The notes under the pieces: generated by a model | Told to the model about the DNA's origin: nothing | The model's input: only the letters and a program-made list of their open reading frames with translations | Databases searched by the model: none | NCBI RefSeq assembly: GCF_058153355.1 | Contig: NZ_CM177019.1 | Direction: 5' to 3' (one strand) | Length of the DNA stretch: 64,000 bases | Shown: one piece after another, positions 1-9,013 of the stretch | Position numbering within the stretch: the first letter of the stretch is position 1 | Layout: each line of letters opens with the position of its first letter | Translations under genes and position numbers: made by a program

Positions 1-318
1 ATCCGCCCATTTTGCGTTATCGCGCAGGGTAAAAGTCCAGATACGGTTGTCATTACTTTTCCACTGAGTCGCAACGCCGGGGACAATCTCCCCTTTCTCG
101 TTCTGATTCACCAGTCCTTCAAACAGATCGCGAATGACCTGAATCTCCGGCAGGCCCACGGCTTTAGCGGGATCCAGCGACGCAGGCTCATCTTTAATGT
201 GGCGCACCAGCTCCTGCTTCTCTGCCAGTACTGTGCCGCTCGGAACTTCTGCAGCATACGAAAGAGAAATGCTGCTGACCAACAGCGCACAACACGTGAC
301 TGAAACAGAGTGCTTCAT
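1..318 (-). CDS. mppA: Periplasmic murein tripeptide-binding protein MppA, N-terminal part only (gene runs off the window start)
   Basis: Minus-strand translation from ATG at 316-318 reads MKHSVSVTCCALLVSSISLSYAAEVPSGTVLAEKQELVRHIKDEPASLDPAKA... (signal peptide plus OppA/MppA-type N-terminus) with no stop before position 1; absent from the ORF track because it is truncated. Confidence 0.8.
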   Translation of the reverse strand, partial: MKHSVSVTCCALLVSSISLSYAAEVPSGTVLAEKQELVRHIKDEPASLDPAKAVGLPEIQVIRDLFEGLVNQNEKGEIVPGVATQWKSNDNRIWTFTLRDNAKWAD

Positions 319-375
319 AAGTTTCCCTCTAACCGACATTAAAATTGATGCGTAATTATTTGTTTCGCCTTAAAG

Positions 376-410
376 AAATGCAAACAACTTCCATCAAAAA
401 AGTGACAAAG
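376..410. repeat. Copy A of an imperfect ~35-bp direct repeat (aaatgcaaacaacttccatcaaaaaagtgacaaag), in the mppA upstream region
   Basis: Aligns with 4372-4408 (aaatacaaacaacttccggcaaaaaagtgatacaag) with about 30 of 35 positions identical, same orientation. Confidence 0.6.
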
Positions 411-654
411 GAAGCATCAAATGTTTTAAGTATCAATATATCAAATCAGATTTAGTGTAAATAATAGTCTCCAAAATGCGGTAAAGCACATAGAACTCCG
501 AACACTACGTTCGGGCTTCGCACGTTCAAACCCGTTTTCGGTATCATAATCAGCATCTGTCGCCATTGTACGAAGAATAAAAAATAACCAAAACGTTGAA
601 AGGAACTGAGAATACGTTAAGAGAAGAATTAAATTAATGTATCAGCAAGTAGTG

Positions 655-1554
655 CTAAACAGCACCTTTATACTTCAGCCTATCTATAAATAATGAGAAT
701 GCCGAGCCAGCATGTCGACGGTGTGGATAGTACAGGTGATAACCGGGTAAATCTGGTGTGAATTTATCCAAAACACGTATCAGTTTTTTTTCTTTAATAG
801 CCCGCTCAACCTGATCATAAGGTAGATACGCCAATCCATGCCCATCAATTGCAGCATCAATGATCAGGTCTATCGTATTCAGTAAAAGCTGACCTTCCAT
901 GCGAACACGAACTTCACGTCCACCGCGTATTAATCTCCAGCGATTTGCTGTACCCGATGTGGGAAGATACAAATTAATTGCCTGATGATCTATTAATTGT
1001 GACACTGACGTTGGAGCACTTCGACGAGAAAAATAATCCGGTGAGCCAACAATAGCCATTGGTATATCTGGCCCGATTCGAATGGCGATCATATCTTTAT
1101 CCATCTCCCCACCCAGACGGACGCCTGCATCAAAACGTTCAGAAACGACATCGGTCAAACCATAATCAATGGTAAGCTGGATATCAATTTCAGGATGCGA
1201 TTTCAGGAATGTGCGCATAGCTGGTAACAATATCGTTTTTGCTGCATGTTCTACAGTAGTAATACGTATTGTCCCGGATGGGCGGTTCTGCAGATCGCTC
1301 AGGGATGTCAGGGCAGAATCTATGTCATGCAACATAGGGCCAAGAACAGACAAAAGATGCTCGCCCGCTTCAGTGGGTACAACGCTGCGCGTGGTTCGCG
1401 TCAGAAGCCGCAATCCCAATCGTTCTTCTATACGGCGCACTATCTGGCTTAAAGCTGACTGCGCCATGCTCAGGCGGGCTGCTGCGCGAGTGAAGCTACG
1501 CTCCTCTGCAACGACGACAAACGCCATCAGATCAGCGATTTCTTCACGCTTCAT
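655..1554 (-). CDS. ycjZ: LysR-family transcriptional regulator
   Basis: 299-aa ORF with N-terminal winged-HTH (MKREEIADLMAFVVVAEERSFTRAAARLSMAQSALSQ) and LysR substrate-binding-type C-terminus; divergent from the hydrolase genes as in E. coli ycjZ/ycjY. Confidence 0.9.
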   Translation of the reverse strand: MKREEIADLMAFVVVAEERSFTRAAARLSMAQSALSQIVRRIEERLGLRLLTRTTRSVVPTEAGEHLLSVLGPMLHDIDSALTSLSDLQNRPSGTIRITTVEHAAKTILLPAMRTFLKSHPEIDIQLTIDYGLTDVVSERFDAGVRLGGEMDKDMIAIRIGPDIPMAIVGSPDYFSRRSAPTSVSQLIDHQAINLYLPTSGTANRWRLIRGGREVRVRMEGQLLLNTIDLIIDAAIDGHGLAYLPYDQVERAIKEKKLIRVLDKFTPDLPGYHLYYPHRRHAGSAFSLFIDRLKYKGAV

Positions 1555-1679
1555 TCAGTATCTCCATACAATCTATTAATCATTTAAATGATAGGTCTAA
1601 TCATAATTTAGGGTCTAATCAACTTAATGATCAATATCTATAGTGATATCACCAACCGTCAAAACGAACCGACAACTCC

Positions 1680-2612
1680 ATGAGGAACGGAATGATGAAT
1701 AATAAAGTCAGCTTCACTAACAGCAATAATCCAACCATCTCTTTGTCTGCAGTGATCTATTTCCCTCCAAAATTTGATGAAACCCGTCAGTATCCGGCAA
1801 TTGTGGTATCTCACCCAGGTGGGGGCGTTAAAGAGCAAACGGCCGGAACCTATGCCGAAAAACTGGCGGAAAAGGGATTTGTCACTATTGCTTATGACGC
1901 ATCTTATCAAGGTGAAAGCGGCGGCGAGCCGCGTCAGTTAGAAAACCCATACATTCGTACTGAAGACGTCAGTGCCGTGATTGATTACCTGACAACGCTT
2001 TCTTATGTCGACAATACCCGAATTGGTGCGATGGGAATTTGTGCCGGTGCAGGATATACAGCCAATGCTGCAATTCAGGATCGCCGCATCAAGGCCATCG
2101 CTACCGTTAGTGCGGTCAATATTGGTTCGATGTTCCGTAATGGTTGGGAAAACAATGTGAAATCTATTGATGCCCTACCATACGTTGACGCGGGTTCAAA
2201 CGCCCGAACCAGCGATATTAGCAGCGGAGAATACGCCACTATGCCACTGGCACCAATGAAGGAGTCCGATGCGCCGAACGAAGAACTGCGTCAGGCCTGG
2301 GAGTATTACCACACCCCTCGCGCGCAGTATCCAACAGCACCGGGTTACGCTACTTTGCGCAGCCTTAACCAGATTATTACCTATGATGCTTACCATATGG
2401 CGGAAGTGTACCTGACTCAGCCGATACAGATTGTGGCGGGCAGCCAGGCAGGGAGCAAATGGATGAGTGACGACCTGTACGATCGAGCATCAAGCCAGGA
2501 TAAACGCTATCACATTGTTGAAGGCGCAAACCATATGGATCTTTATGACGGCAAAGTCTATGTGGCTGAATCAATTTCAGTATTAGCTCCGTTCTTTGAG
2601 GAAACTCTGTAA
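1680..2612 (+). CDS. Alpha/beta-hydrolase (dienelactone-hydrolase-like), ycjY-family, copy 1
   Basis: 310-aa ORF; paralogous to the next gene (shared FPPKFDE..QYPAI..AYDAS.QGESGGEPR..RIGxxGxCxGxGY blocks). True start may be one of the ATGs at 1692-1697 (AGGAA upstream). Stop TAA overlaps the next ATG (taATG at 2610-2614). Confidence 0.8.
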   Translation: MRNGMMNNKVSFTNSNNPTISLSAVIYFPPKFDETRQYPAIVVSHPGGGVKEQTAGTYAEKLAEKGFVTIAYDASYQGESGGEPRQLENPYIRTEDVSAVIDYLTTLSYVDNTRIGAMGICAGAGYTANAAIQDRRIKAIATVSAVNIGSMFRNGWENNVKSIDALPYVDAGSNARTSDISSGEYATMPLAPMKESDAPNEELRQAWEYYHTPRAQYPTAPGYATLRSLNQIITYDAYHMAEVYLTQPIQIVAGSQAGSKWMSDDLYDRASSQDKRYHIVEGANHMDLYDGKVYVAESISVLAPFFEETL

Positions 2613-3551
2613 TGAAACATATTCAAATCCGTAATAGTGATATGGCCTGGCATATTGCTGCCAATATTCAGTTTCCACCAAATTTTGATGAGTCAAAACA
2701 GTATCCGGCGATTATCAGCGTCCATCCTTTTGGCAGTTGTAAGGAGCAGACGTCTGGCAATATCTATGGCAAGGCATTGGCTGAAAAAGGCTATGTCGTT
2801 CTCGCTTATGACGCCAGTTTCCAGGGAGAATCTGGTGGGGAGCCTCGTTGGATAGAAGATCCGACACAGCGCGTAGAGGATATTAGCCGTGTTATCGATT
2901 ATGCAGTAACTCTGCCATATGTTGATGCTGAACGCATTGGCGTGCTGGGTGTGTGTGTGGGGGGGGGGGGGTGGCTATGCCATTAATGCCGCGCTGACAG
3001 AAAAACGAATTAAAGCTGTAGTGAGTATTACGGGTGTTAATATCGGGCGTCTTTTTCGGGAAGGTTTCAGCAATTACGATCCGATTGGCGCATTGAATGC
3101 AATGGCGTCGCAACGAACCAAAGAGGCTCGTGGTGGAGAATTACAGATCAACGAATTACTTCCCGCCAGCCTGGATGCAGCAAAAGCCCATGGACTGACC
3201 GAACGCGATGTTTATGAAGCAACTGACTACTATAAAACACCACGCGGGCAACAACCGGGAGGTGCGACAAAAATGTTGTTCTCACATGCACAGAAAACGC
3301 TGGCCTGGGATGCCTTCGCATTTACTGAAGTGTTACTGACTCAGCCGGTGATGGTAGTAGTTGGTGAAAAAGTCGGTGCCTTCGGTGCTTATCGTGATGG
3401 ACTGGAAGTCTATGGCCGGGCGATGGTTTCGCAGGATCGTCAGTTAGTTTCGTTACCCGATTTCTCACATTATGAACTGTATGACAAACCGGAAGCAGTT
3501 CAGGAGGCGCTGGAAAAAGTTATTCCTTTTTTCAACACCCATCTGGGATAA
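2612..3551 (+). pseudogene. Alpha/beta-hydrolase, ycjY-family, copy 2, interrupted by a +1 frameshift in a 13-G homopolymer (2959-2971)
   Basis: ORF track splits it into 2612..2986 (ends ...GVCVGGGGWLCH*) and 2919..3551 (reads ...WVCVWGGGGGYAINAAL...). Removing one G gives a continuous ~312-aa frame, GVCVGGGGGYAINAALTEKRIK, collinear with copy 1. Confidence 0.75.
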
Positions 3552-3556
3552 GTTTC

Positions 3557-4207
3557 ATGAGAAATATTATGAAAAAAGTACTCATTCTTGGTGCTGGCGG
3601 TCAGATAGCCCGCCATGTGATTAATCAACTGGCAGATAAACAAACCATTAAACAAACTTTATTTGCTCGTCAGCCAGCAAAAATACACAAACCCTATCCA
3701 ACTAATAGCCAGATTATTATGGGGGATGTACTGAATCATGCAGCACTGAAGCAGGCCATGCAGGGACAGGATATTGTGTATGCCAACCTTACGGGGGAAG
3801 ATTTAGATATTCAGGCAAATTCAGTGATCGCTGCGATGAAAGCCTGTGATGTTAAACGTCTGATCTTTGTTCTTTCCCTCGGCATTTATGATGAAGTTCC
3901 AGGAAAATTTGGCGAATGGAATAATGCAGTTATTGGTGAGCCCCTAAAACCATTCCGCAGGGCTGCGGATGCAATTGAGGCTTCTGGACTGGAATATACA
4001 ATTCTTCGCCCTGCCTGGCTGACTGATGAAGATATTATTGATTATGAGCTTACCTCACGCAATGAACCATTCAAAGGTACGATCGTATCACGTAAGAGTG
4101 TCGCAGCATTAATCACAGATATCATCGATAAACCTGAGAAACACATTGGTGAGAATATAGGCATCAATCAACCCGGGACTGATGGTGATAAGCCCTTCTT
4201 CATGTAA
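3557..4207 (+). CDS. NAD(P)-binding Rossmann-fold protein (NmrA/SDR-like); probably the intact form of the locus annotated ymjC in K-12
   Basis: 216-aa ORF with N-terminal KKVLILGAGGQIARHV glycine-rich dinucleotide-binding motif; position between ycjY and mpaA. Confidence 0.7.
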   Translation: MRNIMKKVLILGAGGQIARHVINQLADKQTIKQTLFARQPAKIHKPYPTNSQIIMGDVLNHAALKQAMQGQDIVYANLTGEDLDIQANSVIAAMKACDVKRLIFVLSLGIYDEVPGKFGEWNNAVIGEPLKPFRRAADAIEASGLEYTILRPAWLTDEDIIDYELTSRNEPFKGTIVSRKSVAALITDIIDKPEKHIGENIGINQPGTDGDKPFFM

Positions 4208-4225
4208 ATCAATTATATAGCTACC

Positions 4226-4257
4226 ATCGTACTGTACTATGTGCAGTACGATTTATT
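4226..4257 (+). terminator. Hairpin (atcgtactg / cagtacgat) followed by ttatt
   Basis: 9-bp inverted repeat with 9-nt loop starting 19 bp after the stop at 4207, followed by a T-rich run. Confidence 0.55.
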
Positions 4258-4371
4258 AAACTTATTAAGGTGAACTGATCAATCAGATGCGATTAACATG
4301 TGTAGAACCAGTAAGAATAAAATACGCCATGTATATAACATTACGACAATTCTAATATCTGCACATCAATG

Positions 4372-4408
4372 AAAATACAAACAACTTCCGGCAAAAAAGT
4401 GATACAAG
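4372..4408. repeat. Copy B of the imperfect ~35-bp direct repeat, upstream of mpaA
   Basis: See 376-410. Confidence 0.6.
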
Positions 4409-4497
4409 ATCGATAACATAGCGTTGAAGAAAAGGATTTGATAATCCGCAAAATTTGCACAACACTGCCTGTAATACTTCCTGAACCAGAGACGATT

Positions 4498-5226
4498 ATG
4501 ACCGTAACCCGCCCACGCGCCGAACGCGGCGCATTTCCGCCCGGAACAGAACATTACGGACGTTCATTATTGGGCGCGCCGTTAATCTGGTTTCCGGCCC
4601 CTGCAGCCAGTCGCGAAAGTGGTTTGATTCTGGCTGGCACTCACGGTGATGAAAACTCTTCGGTCGTCACGCTCTCCTGTGCTCTGCGGACTTTGACACC
4701 GTCTTTGCGCCGCCATCATGTAGTGCTGTGTGTGAATCCTGACGGCTGCCAGTTAGGGTTACGGGCCAATGCTAATGGTGTGGATTTAAACAGAAACTTT
4801 CCGGCGGCGAACTGGAAGGAGGGTGAAACGGTTTATCGCTGGAACAGCGCGGCTGAAGAACGTGATGTCGTATTACTGACAGGTGACAAACCTGGCTCCG
4901 AACCTGAAACCCAGGCGCTGTGCCAGCTTATACACCGCATTCAACCTGCCTGGGTGGTCTCATTCCACGATCCACTGGCCTGTATTGAAGATCCCAGACA
5001 CAGCGAATTAGGCGAATGGCTGGCCCAGGCGTTTGGATTGCCTCTGGTAACCAGCGTCGGTTATGAAACTCCTGGCTCTTTCGGCAGTTGGTGTGCGGAT
5101 CTCAACCTGCATTGCATCACCGCAGAGTTTCCACCTATCTCCTCCGACGAAGCCAGCGAAAAATACCTCTTTGCGATGGCTAACTTGCTGCGCTGGCATC
5201 CTAAAGATGCAATGCGCCCGTCGTGA
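4498..5226 (+). CDS. mpaA: Murein peptide amidase A (gamma-D-Glu-Dap amidase, zinc carboxypeptidase family)
   Basis: ORF 4438..5226; internal start MTVTRPRAERGAFPPGTEHYGRS... gives 242 aa matching E. coli MpaA; HGDE zinc-binding motif present. Confidence 0.9.
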   Translation: MTVTRPRAERGAFPPGTEHYGRSLLGAPLIWFPAPAASRESGLILAGTHGDENSSVVTLSCALRTLTPSLRRHHVVLCVNPDGCQLGLRANANGVDLNRNFPAANWKEGETVYRWNSAAEERDVVLLTGDKPGSEPETQALCQLIHRIQPAWVVSFHDPLACIEDPRHSELGEWLAQAFGLPLVTSVGYETPGSFGSWCADLNLHCITAEFPPISSDEASEKYLFAMANLLRWHPKDAMRPS

Positions 5227-6166
5227 ATTGAAGCGCTGGTTCCACATCTACCGCCAGCCAGGTCGGTCCGTCAAGATCAGCAAAACTGACCTGCGGCACC
5301 AGCGGTAAAGCGGCGCTAATGGCACGAGAGGTACACAACATGCAGCCCAGCATCAGACTGAAACCTTGTGCACGCGCTTCGGTCGCCAGCGCCAGCGCTT
5401 CCGTCAGGCCACCCGTTTTATCGAGCTTAATGTTAACCATCTCATAGCGCCCTTTCAGCGCCTTCAGATTGCTACGAGTATGACAACTTTCATCTGCACA
5501 AATCGGTAACGGATGAATAAAATTCTCCAGTGCCGCATCGTCCTGCGCAGGAAGCGGTTGTTCAAGCATCGCAACGCCTAAATCCGCCAATAGCTGGCAA
5601 CGCGCCGCCAACCCTTCTGCACGCCAGGATTCATTTGCATCAACGATTAGCGTCGCATCGGGTACAGCCGTGCGAATTGCTACCATCCGCTCACTGATAA
5701 GATGGTTATCCAGCTTCACTTTCAGTAATTTCGCGCCTGCCTGCCAGAGTGTTGATGCACTATTGGCCATCTGATCAGGCGTACCGATGACTACCGTCTG
5801 GGCAGTGGTGACTGTCTCGGGAAGCGTTATGCCGATCAAATCAGCCAGCGATTGCTGCTGTTTTCGCGCCGCCAGATCCCACAATGCACAATCCAGCGCA
5901 TTACGTGCTGCGCCGGCAGGGAGAATTTTTTGCAACTCCTCCCGTGTCAGCCCTTTCTCTAATTGCGGCACGACGCTCATAATTTGCGCCATTACCGAGG
6001 CATCACTTTCTCCATAACGCGGATACGGCGTGCATTCACCGGTGCCTTTAATACCTTCTTCTTCCAGTTCAACCACCACCACGCGCGCTTCACTACGACT
6101 TCCCCGAGCAATCACAAACGGGGTATGTAAGGGCCAGGCTTCCTCAAATACCTTAACGATTCTCAT
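5201..6166 (-). CDS. ycjG: L-Ala-D/L-Glu epimerase (enolase superfamily)
   Basis: ORF 5201..6208; start at MRIVKVFEEAWPLHTPFVIARGSR gives 321 aa; convergent with mpaA and overlapping its 3' end by 26 bp. Confidence 0.9.
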   Translation of the reverse strand: MRIVKVFEEAWPLHTPFVIARGSRSEARVVVVELEEEGIKGTGECTPYPRYGESDASVMAQIMSVVPQLEKGLTREELQKILPAGAARNALDCALWDLAARKQQQSLADLIGITLPETVTTAQTVVIGTPDQMANSASTLWQAGAKLLKVKLDNHLISERMVAIRTAVPDATLIVDANESWRAEGLAARCQLLADLGVAMLEQPLPAQDDAALENFIHPLPICADESCHTRSNLKALKGRYEMVNIKLDKTGGLTEALALATEARAQGFSLMLGCMLCTSRAISAALPLVPQVSFADLDGPTWLAVDVEPALQFTTGALHL

Positions 6167-6284
6167 CTTTACTCCTTGTTGTCGCGGTGGTCTGCGGATT
6201 AAGCGCAAATAGCGTTTGCTGTGTTATTGACAGTTAGCATAAACTAGGTGTGACGTTAACTATATGTAAACAGGAAAGATAATC

Positions 6285-6788
6285 ATGTCACAAACCGTTC
6301 ATTTCCAGGGCAACCCGGTTACAGTAGCCAATTCCATCCCGCTGGCGGGTAGCAAAGCGCAGACTTTTACTCTCGTGGCAAAAGATCTGTCTGACGTCAC
6401 CCTCGGTCAGTTTGCGGGTAAACGCAAAGTGCTGAACATTTTCCCGAGTATTGATACCGGTGTTTGCGCCGCATCAGTACGTAAGTTTAACCAACTGGCA
6501 ACTGAGATCGACAACACCGTTGTGCTGTGTATCTCTGCCGATCTGCCGTTCGCCCAGTCTCGTTTCTGCGGCGCAGAAGGTCTGAACAACGTTATCACCC
6601 TCTCCACTTTCCGTAACGCTGAATTCCTGCAAGCCTACGGTGTGGCAATTGCTGATGGCCCACTGAAAGGTCTGGCAGCGCGTGCCGTTGTGGTTATCGA
6701 TGAAAATGACAATGTGATTTTCAGCCAGCTGGTTGATGAAATCACCACCGAGCCGGATTACGAAGCAGCTCTTGCTGTACTGCGCTAA
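6285..6788 (+). CDS. tpx: Thiol peroxidase (atypical 2-Cys peroxiredoxin)
   Basis: 167-aa [38 protein letters not shown]...; recognised as E. coli Tpx. Confidence 0.95.
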   Translation: MSQTVHFQGNPVTVANSIPLAGSKAQTFTLVAKDLSDVTLGQFAGKRKVLNIFPSIDTGVCAASVRKFNQLATEIDNTVVLCISADLPFAQSRFCGAEGLNNVITLSTFRNAEFLQAYGVAIADGPLKGLAARAVVVIDENDNVIFSQLVDEITTEPDYEAALAVLR

Positions 6789-6796
6789 ACAACTGT

Positions 6797-6835
6797 GCCG
6801 TTCACTGAATCACCACCGGTGAACGGCAGTTTTTG
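6797..6835 (+). terminator. Rho-independent terminator of tpx
   Basis: gccgttcac - 12-nt loop - gtgaacggc followed by agtttttga, 9 bp after the tpx stop. Confidence 0.75.
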
Positions 6836-6929
6836 ATCTACCAATCCCACTATTTTCCAGAGTTCCTGCCACTATTCCCCCTAACCGTTGTGCATTAAGA
6901 TTGTTCTTTGCCATTATTAGCCCAGCGGA

Positions 6930-8984
6930 GTGATGACTATTATGGATGATAAACAAATTACGGTCTGGCTTAAACACAATTGCTGTTCAACGGACATTCC
7001 TGCCATTGCCGAGGCACTAACGAACCATGCAGAATGGCTTTTAGAGCTAGCGCCAGATCCTATTGAACAAGGTAGTTCATGTTTACCGCCGACAGCTGCA
7101 GCCGGTATTTTTCTTGGCGCAGCGGCGATGGTTCACTGCGGCGAGGCTAGTGGTGCAGAAACCTGGCTCGAAGCAGCCATTACTGATTACCATTTCTTTA
7201 ATCCAAATGGATATAGTTCATGGAGAGGCAGTACGCCTGTTTTTACAGCATTATCGCGTTACCCGGCATTAAGAATGGTGTTATTTAACGCCGCTTGCGC
7301 AATGGAAGACTGGAATAAAGCATCCGCTGTTCTTGAATCGCTTTTCCATGCCGGCGATGTCCCGGAAGATAACCCTGTCGCCCCAAATTTTACCCCTTAT
7401 GCGCTGAAAGCGTTTATCGCGGATTACCACCCGTTAGGGCCTGCTTATTATGATGAAACCTGGTTGCTGGCAAAACAAGCGTGGTTAATTAATGCGGGCG
7501 TTCTGGATGAGCGAACCTGTAATACCTGGAAGCAATATACCCGCCACTTGCGCCATTTGATCCACAATACACAGTTTGCCGATGCGCTCTCTTTTGTACG
7601 CAGTAAAAAAGAACCGTTAAATCATATCCATACCTACTCAGACTTTTATCTGTATGCGATTGGTTTATTTTCTTATACTAGTCAGCTAAATGAAGCGCTG
7701 ACCTGGATAAAACAGTTAATCCACAACAATGATGGTCATTTCTGTGATCTTTTCGTTTCAACTGGCAAAGAGCGCCGAATAAAGCCTGAACTTAGTACCT
7801 TGCTGAATAATCTCTTGCACAGCGCAGAGTTTCAGGCGTTGCAGGATAAATATCTCACCGTCGGACATGATGTTGTGTATTCTGGTCCCTTCATGTCACT
7901 TTATGAAAAGGTTCTTGGCGGTAAGTCCCGAAAGCGCTGCGCGATTAGTCGAAAATTAATCTCGCCCGGCGAAGCGGTTTATGAATATCGTCAGCTGGAT
8001 AGTGTGGAATATATTGCAGCAAAAGCGGCCTTTCAGACATCTGAGCTAAATAATATCGCCCACCGGCATCATAATGATAGTTATCAGTGGCATGAATTTG
8101 CTGCCCAATGGCCTCGTCGGGGTTCACTTTCTCACCCAGATATTGCCCGTTATTTGTTTGAGCGCCAGGAAGGAAAATGCTTTGATGCCGCAGAGTTTAT
8201 ACAACTGATTGCGGAACCGTTTGTCTTTCCGATGCGTTTCATATGGGTTGCCGGGTTGTCCTTTGAATTACATCAGTATCCGGATGCCTATTTCGTAAAT
8301 GACAATATGGCGGGTGAATTTGTTAATCTCTGCTGGATGGCTATGAAATGCGGACATGCTGGAGACATTTTCAAACAACTGGCCCACGAGCCGCATGACG
8401 TTGCTGACCCTATTTACGCCATGCTCGCCACGTTTGACCGCGCTGATTGCCGTAGCGCCGCCGCCGCGCACTTTGGACAACCGGAACTACCGGAAATAAT
8501 GGCACTGGCTTTCAGTTCGAGGTTATCGCTGGACAGCGTCCTTACCATCGCTGAGTTTGGTAAAAATCAGCCGCGATTTTCACATGCGCTAGCAACGGCC
8601 CTCCTGCGTTACAACCTGCACATCTACTCAAACTATATGCCGCAGGTTAACTGGTTCCTTCAGGGGCTGGAACACTATGCTTTGGCAAAAGGCGGTCAAC
8701 TTTTAAATTTCTTTGTGCATATTCCAGAACAAATTCCCGTTCTGGCGACCATGCTGGAACATGGCGTATTAGTGCGTGGGATCGGTGAAGGTGCCTACGA
8801 TGGTTATGATAATTCAGCAAATTCATTTCATCATGCCGCCGTGATGCACTGCCTCACGCACGCGCCGGAAAAAGTCCGCTACTGGATGGAAACACCCTGG
8901 ATTCAGAACTATTTAGTGAATGCGCCGCTGCGTCAAACGGCGCGCCATGTGGAAGCCTGGCATAAAAAGTTTGGCATCAAATGA
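6930..8984 (+). CDS. Orphan 684-aa ORF of unknown function; predicted cytoplasmic, aromatic- and His-rich, no motif I can assign
   Basis: Uninterrupted 2055-nt ORF; GGAG at 6922-6925 just upstream of ATGs at 6930/6933/6942; no signal peptide or TM segment evident; no canonical Walker A (only a near-miss LGGKSRK); sits between tpx and tyrR where K-12 has only a short spacer. Confidence 0.75.
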   Translation: MMTIMDDKQITVWLKHNCCSTDIPAIAEALTNHAEWLLELAPDPIEQGSSCLPPTAAAGIFLGAAAMVHCGEASGAETWLEAAITDYHFFNPNGYSSWRGSTPVFTALSRYPALRMVLFNAACAMEDWNKASAVLESLFHAGDVPEDNPVAPNFTPYALKAFIADYHPLGPAYYDETWLLAKQAWLINAGVLDERTCNTWKQYTRHLRHLIHNTQFADALSFVRSKKEPLNHIHTYSDFYLYAIGLFSYTSQLNEALTWIKQLIHNNDGHFCDLFVSTGKERRIKPELSTLLNNLLHSAEFQALQDKYLTVGHDVVYSGPFMSLYEKVLGGKSRKRCAISRKLISPGEAVYEYRQLDSVEYIAAKAAFQTSELNNIAHRHHNDSYQWHEFAAQWPRRGSLSHPDIARYLFERQEGKCFDAAEFIQLIAEPFVFPMRFIWVAGLSFELHQYPDAYFVNDNMAGEFVNLCWMAMKCGHAGDIFKQLAHEPHDVADPIYAMLATFDRADCRSAAAAHFGQPELPEIMALAFSSRLSLDSVLTIAEFGKNQPRFSHALATALLRYNLHIYSNYMPQVNWFLQGLEHYALAKGGQLLNFFVHIPEQIPVLATMLEHGVLVRGIGEGAYDGYDNSANSFHHAAVMHCLTHAPEKVRYWMETPWIQNYLVNAPLRQTARHVEAWHKKFGIK

Positions 8985-8992
8985 ACGTTGCC

Positions 8993-9013
8993 GCTGCGCC
9001 TGAACGGCGCAGC
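8993..9013. terminator. Short GC hairpin (gctgcgcc-tgaac-ggcgcagc) between the convergent orphan ORF and tyrR
   Basis: 8-bp stem, 5-nt loop; no U-run on either strand, so at best a weak or bidirectional pause/terminator. Confidence 0.4.

Noticed and set aside
6209-6284. Possible sigma-70 promoter for tpx (ttgaca at 6227-6232).
   Set aside because: No convincing -10 hexamer at 16-18 bp spacing could be identified by eye; left unannotated.
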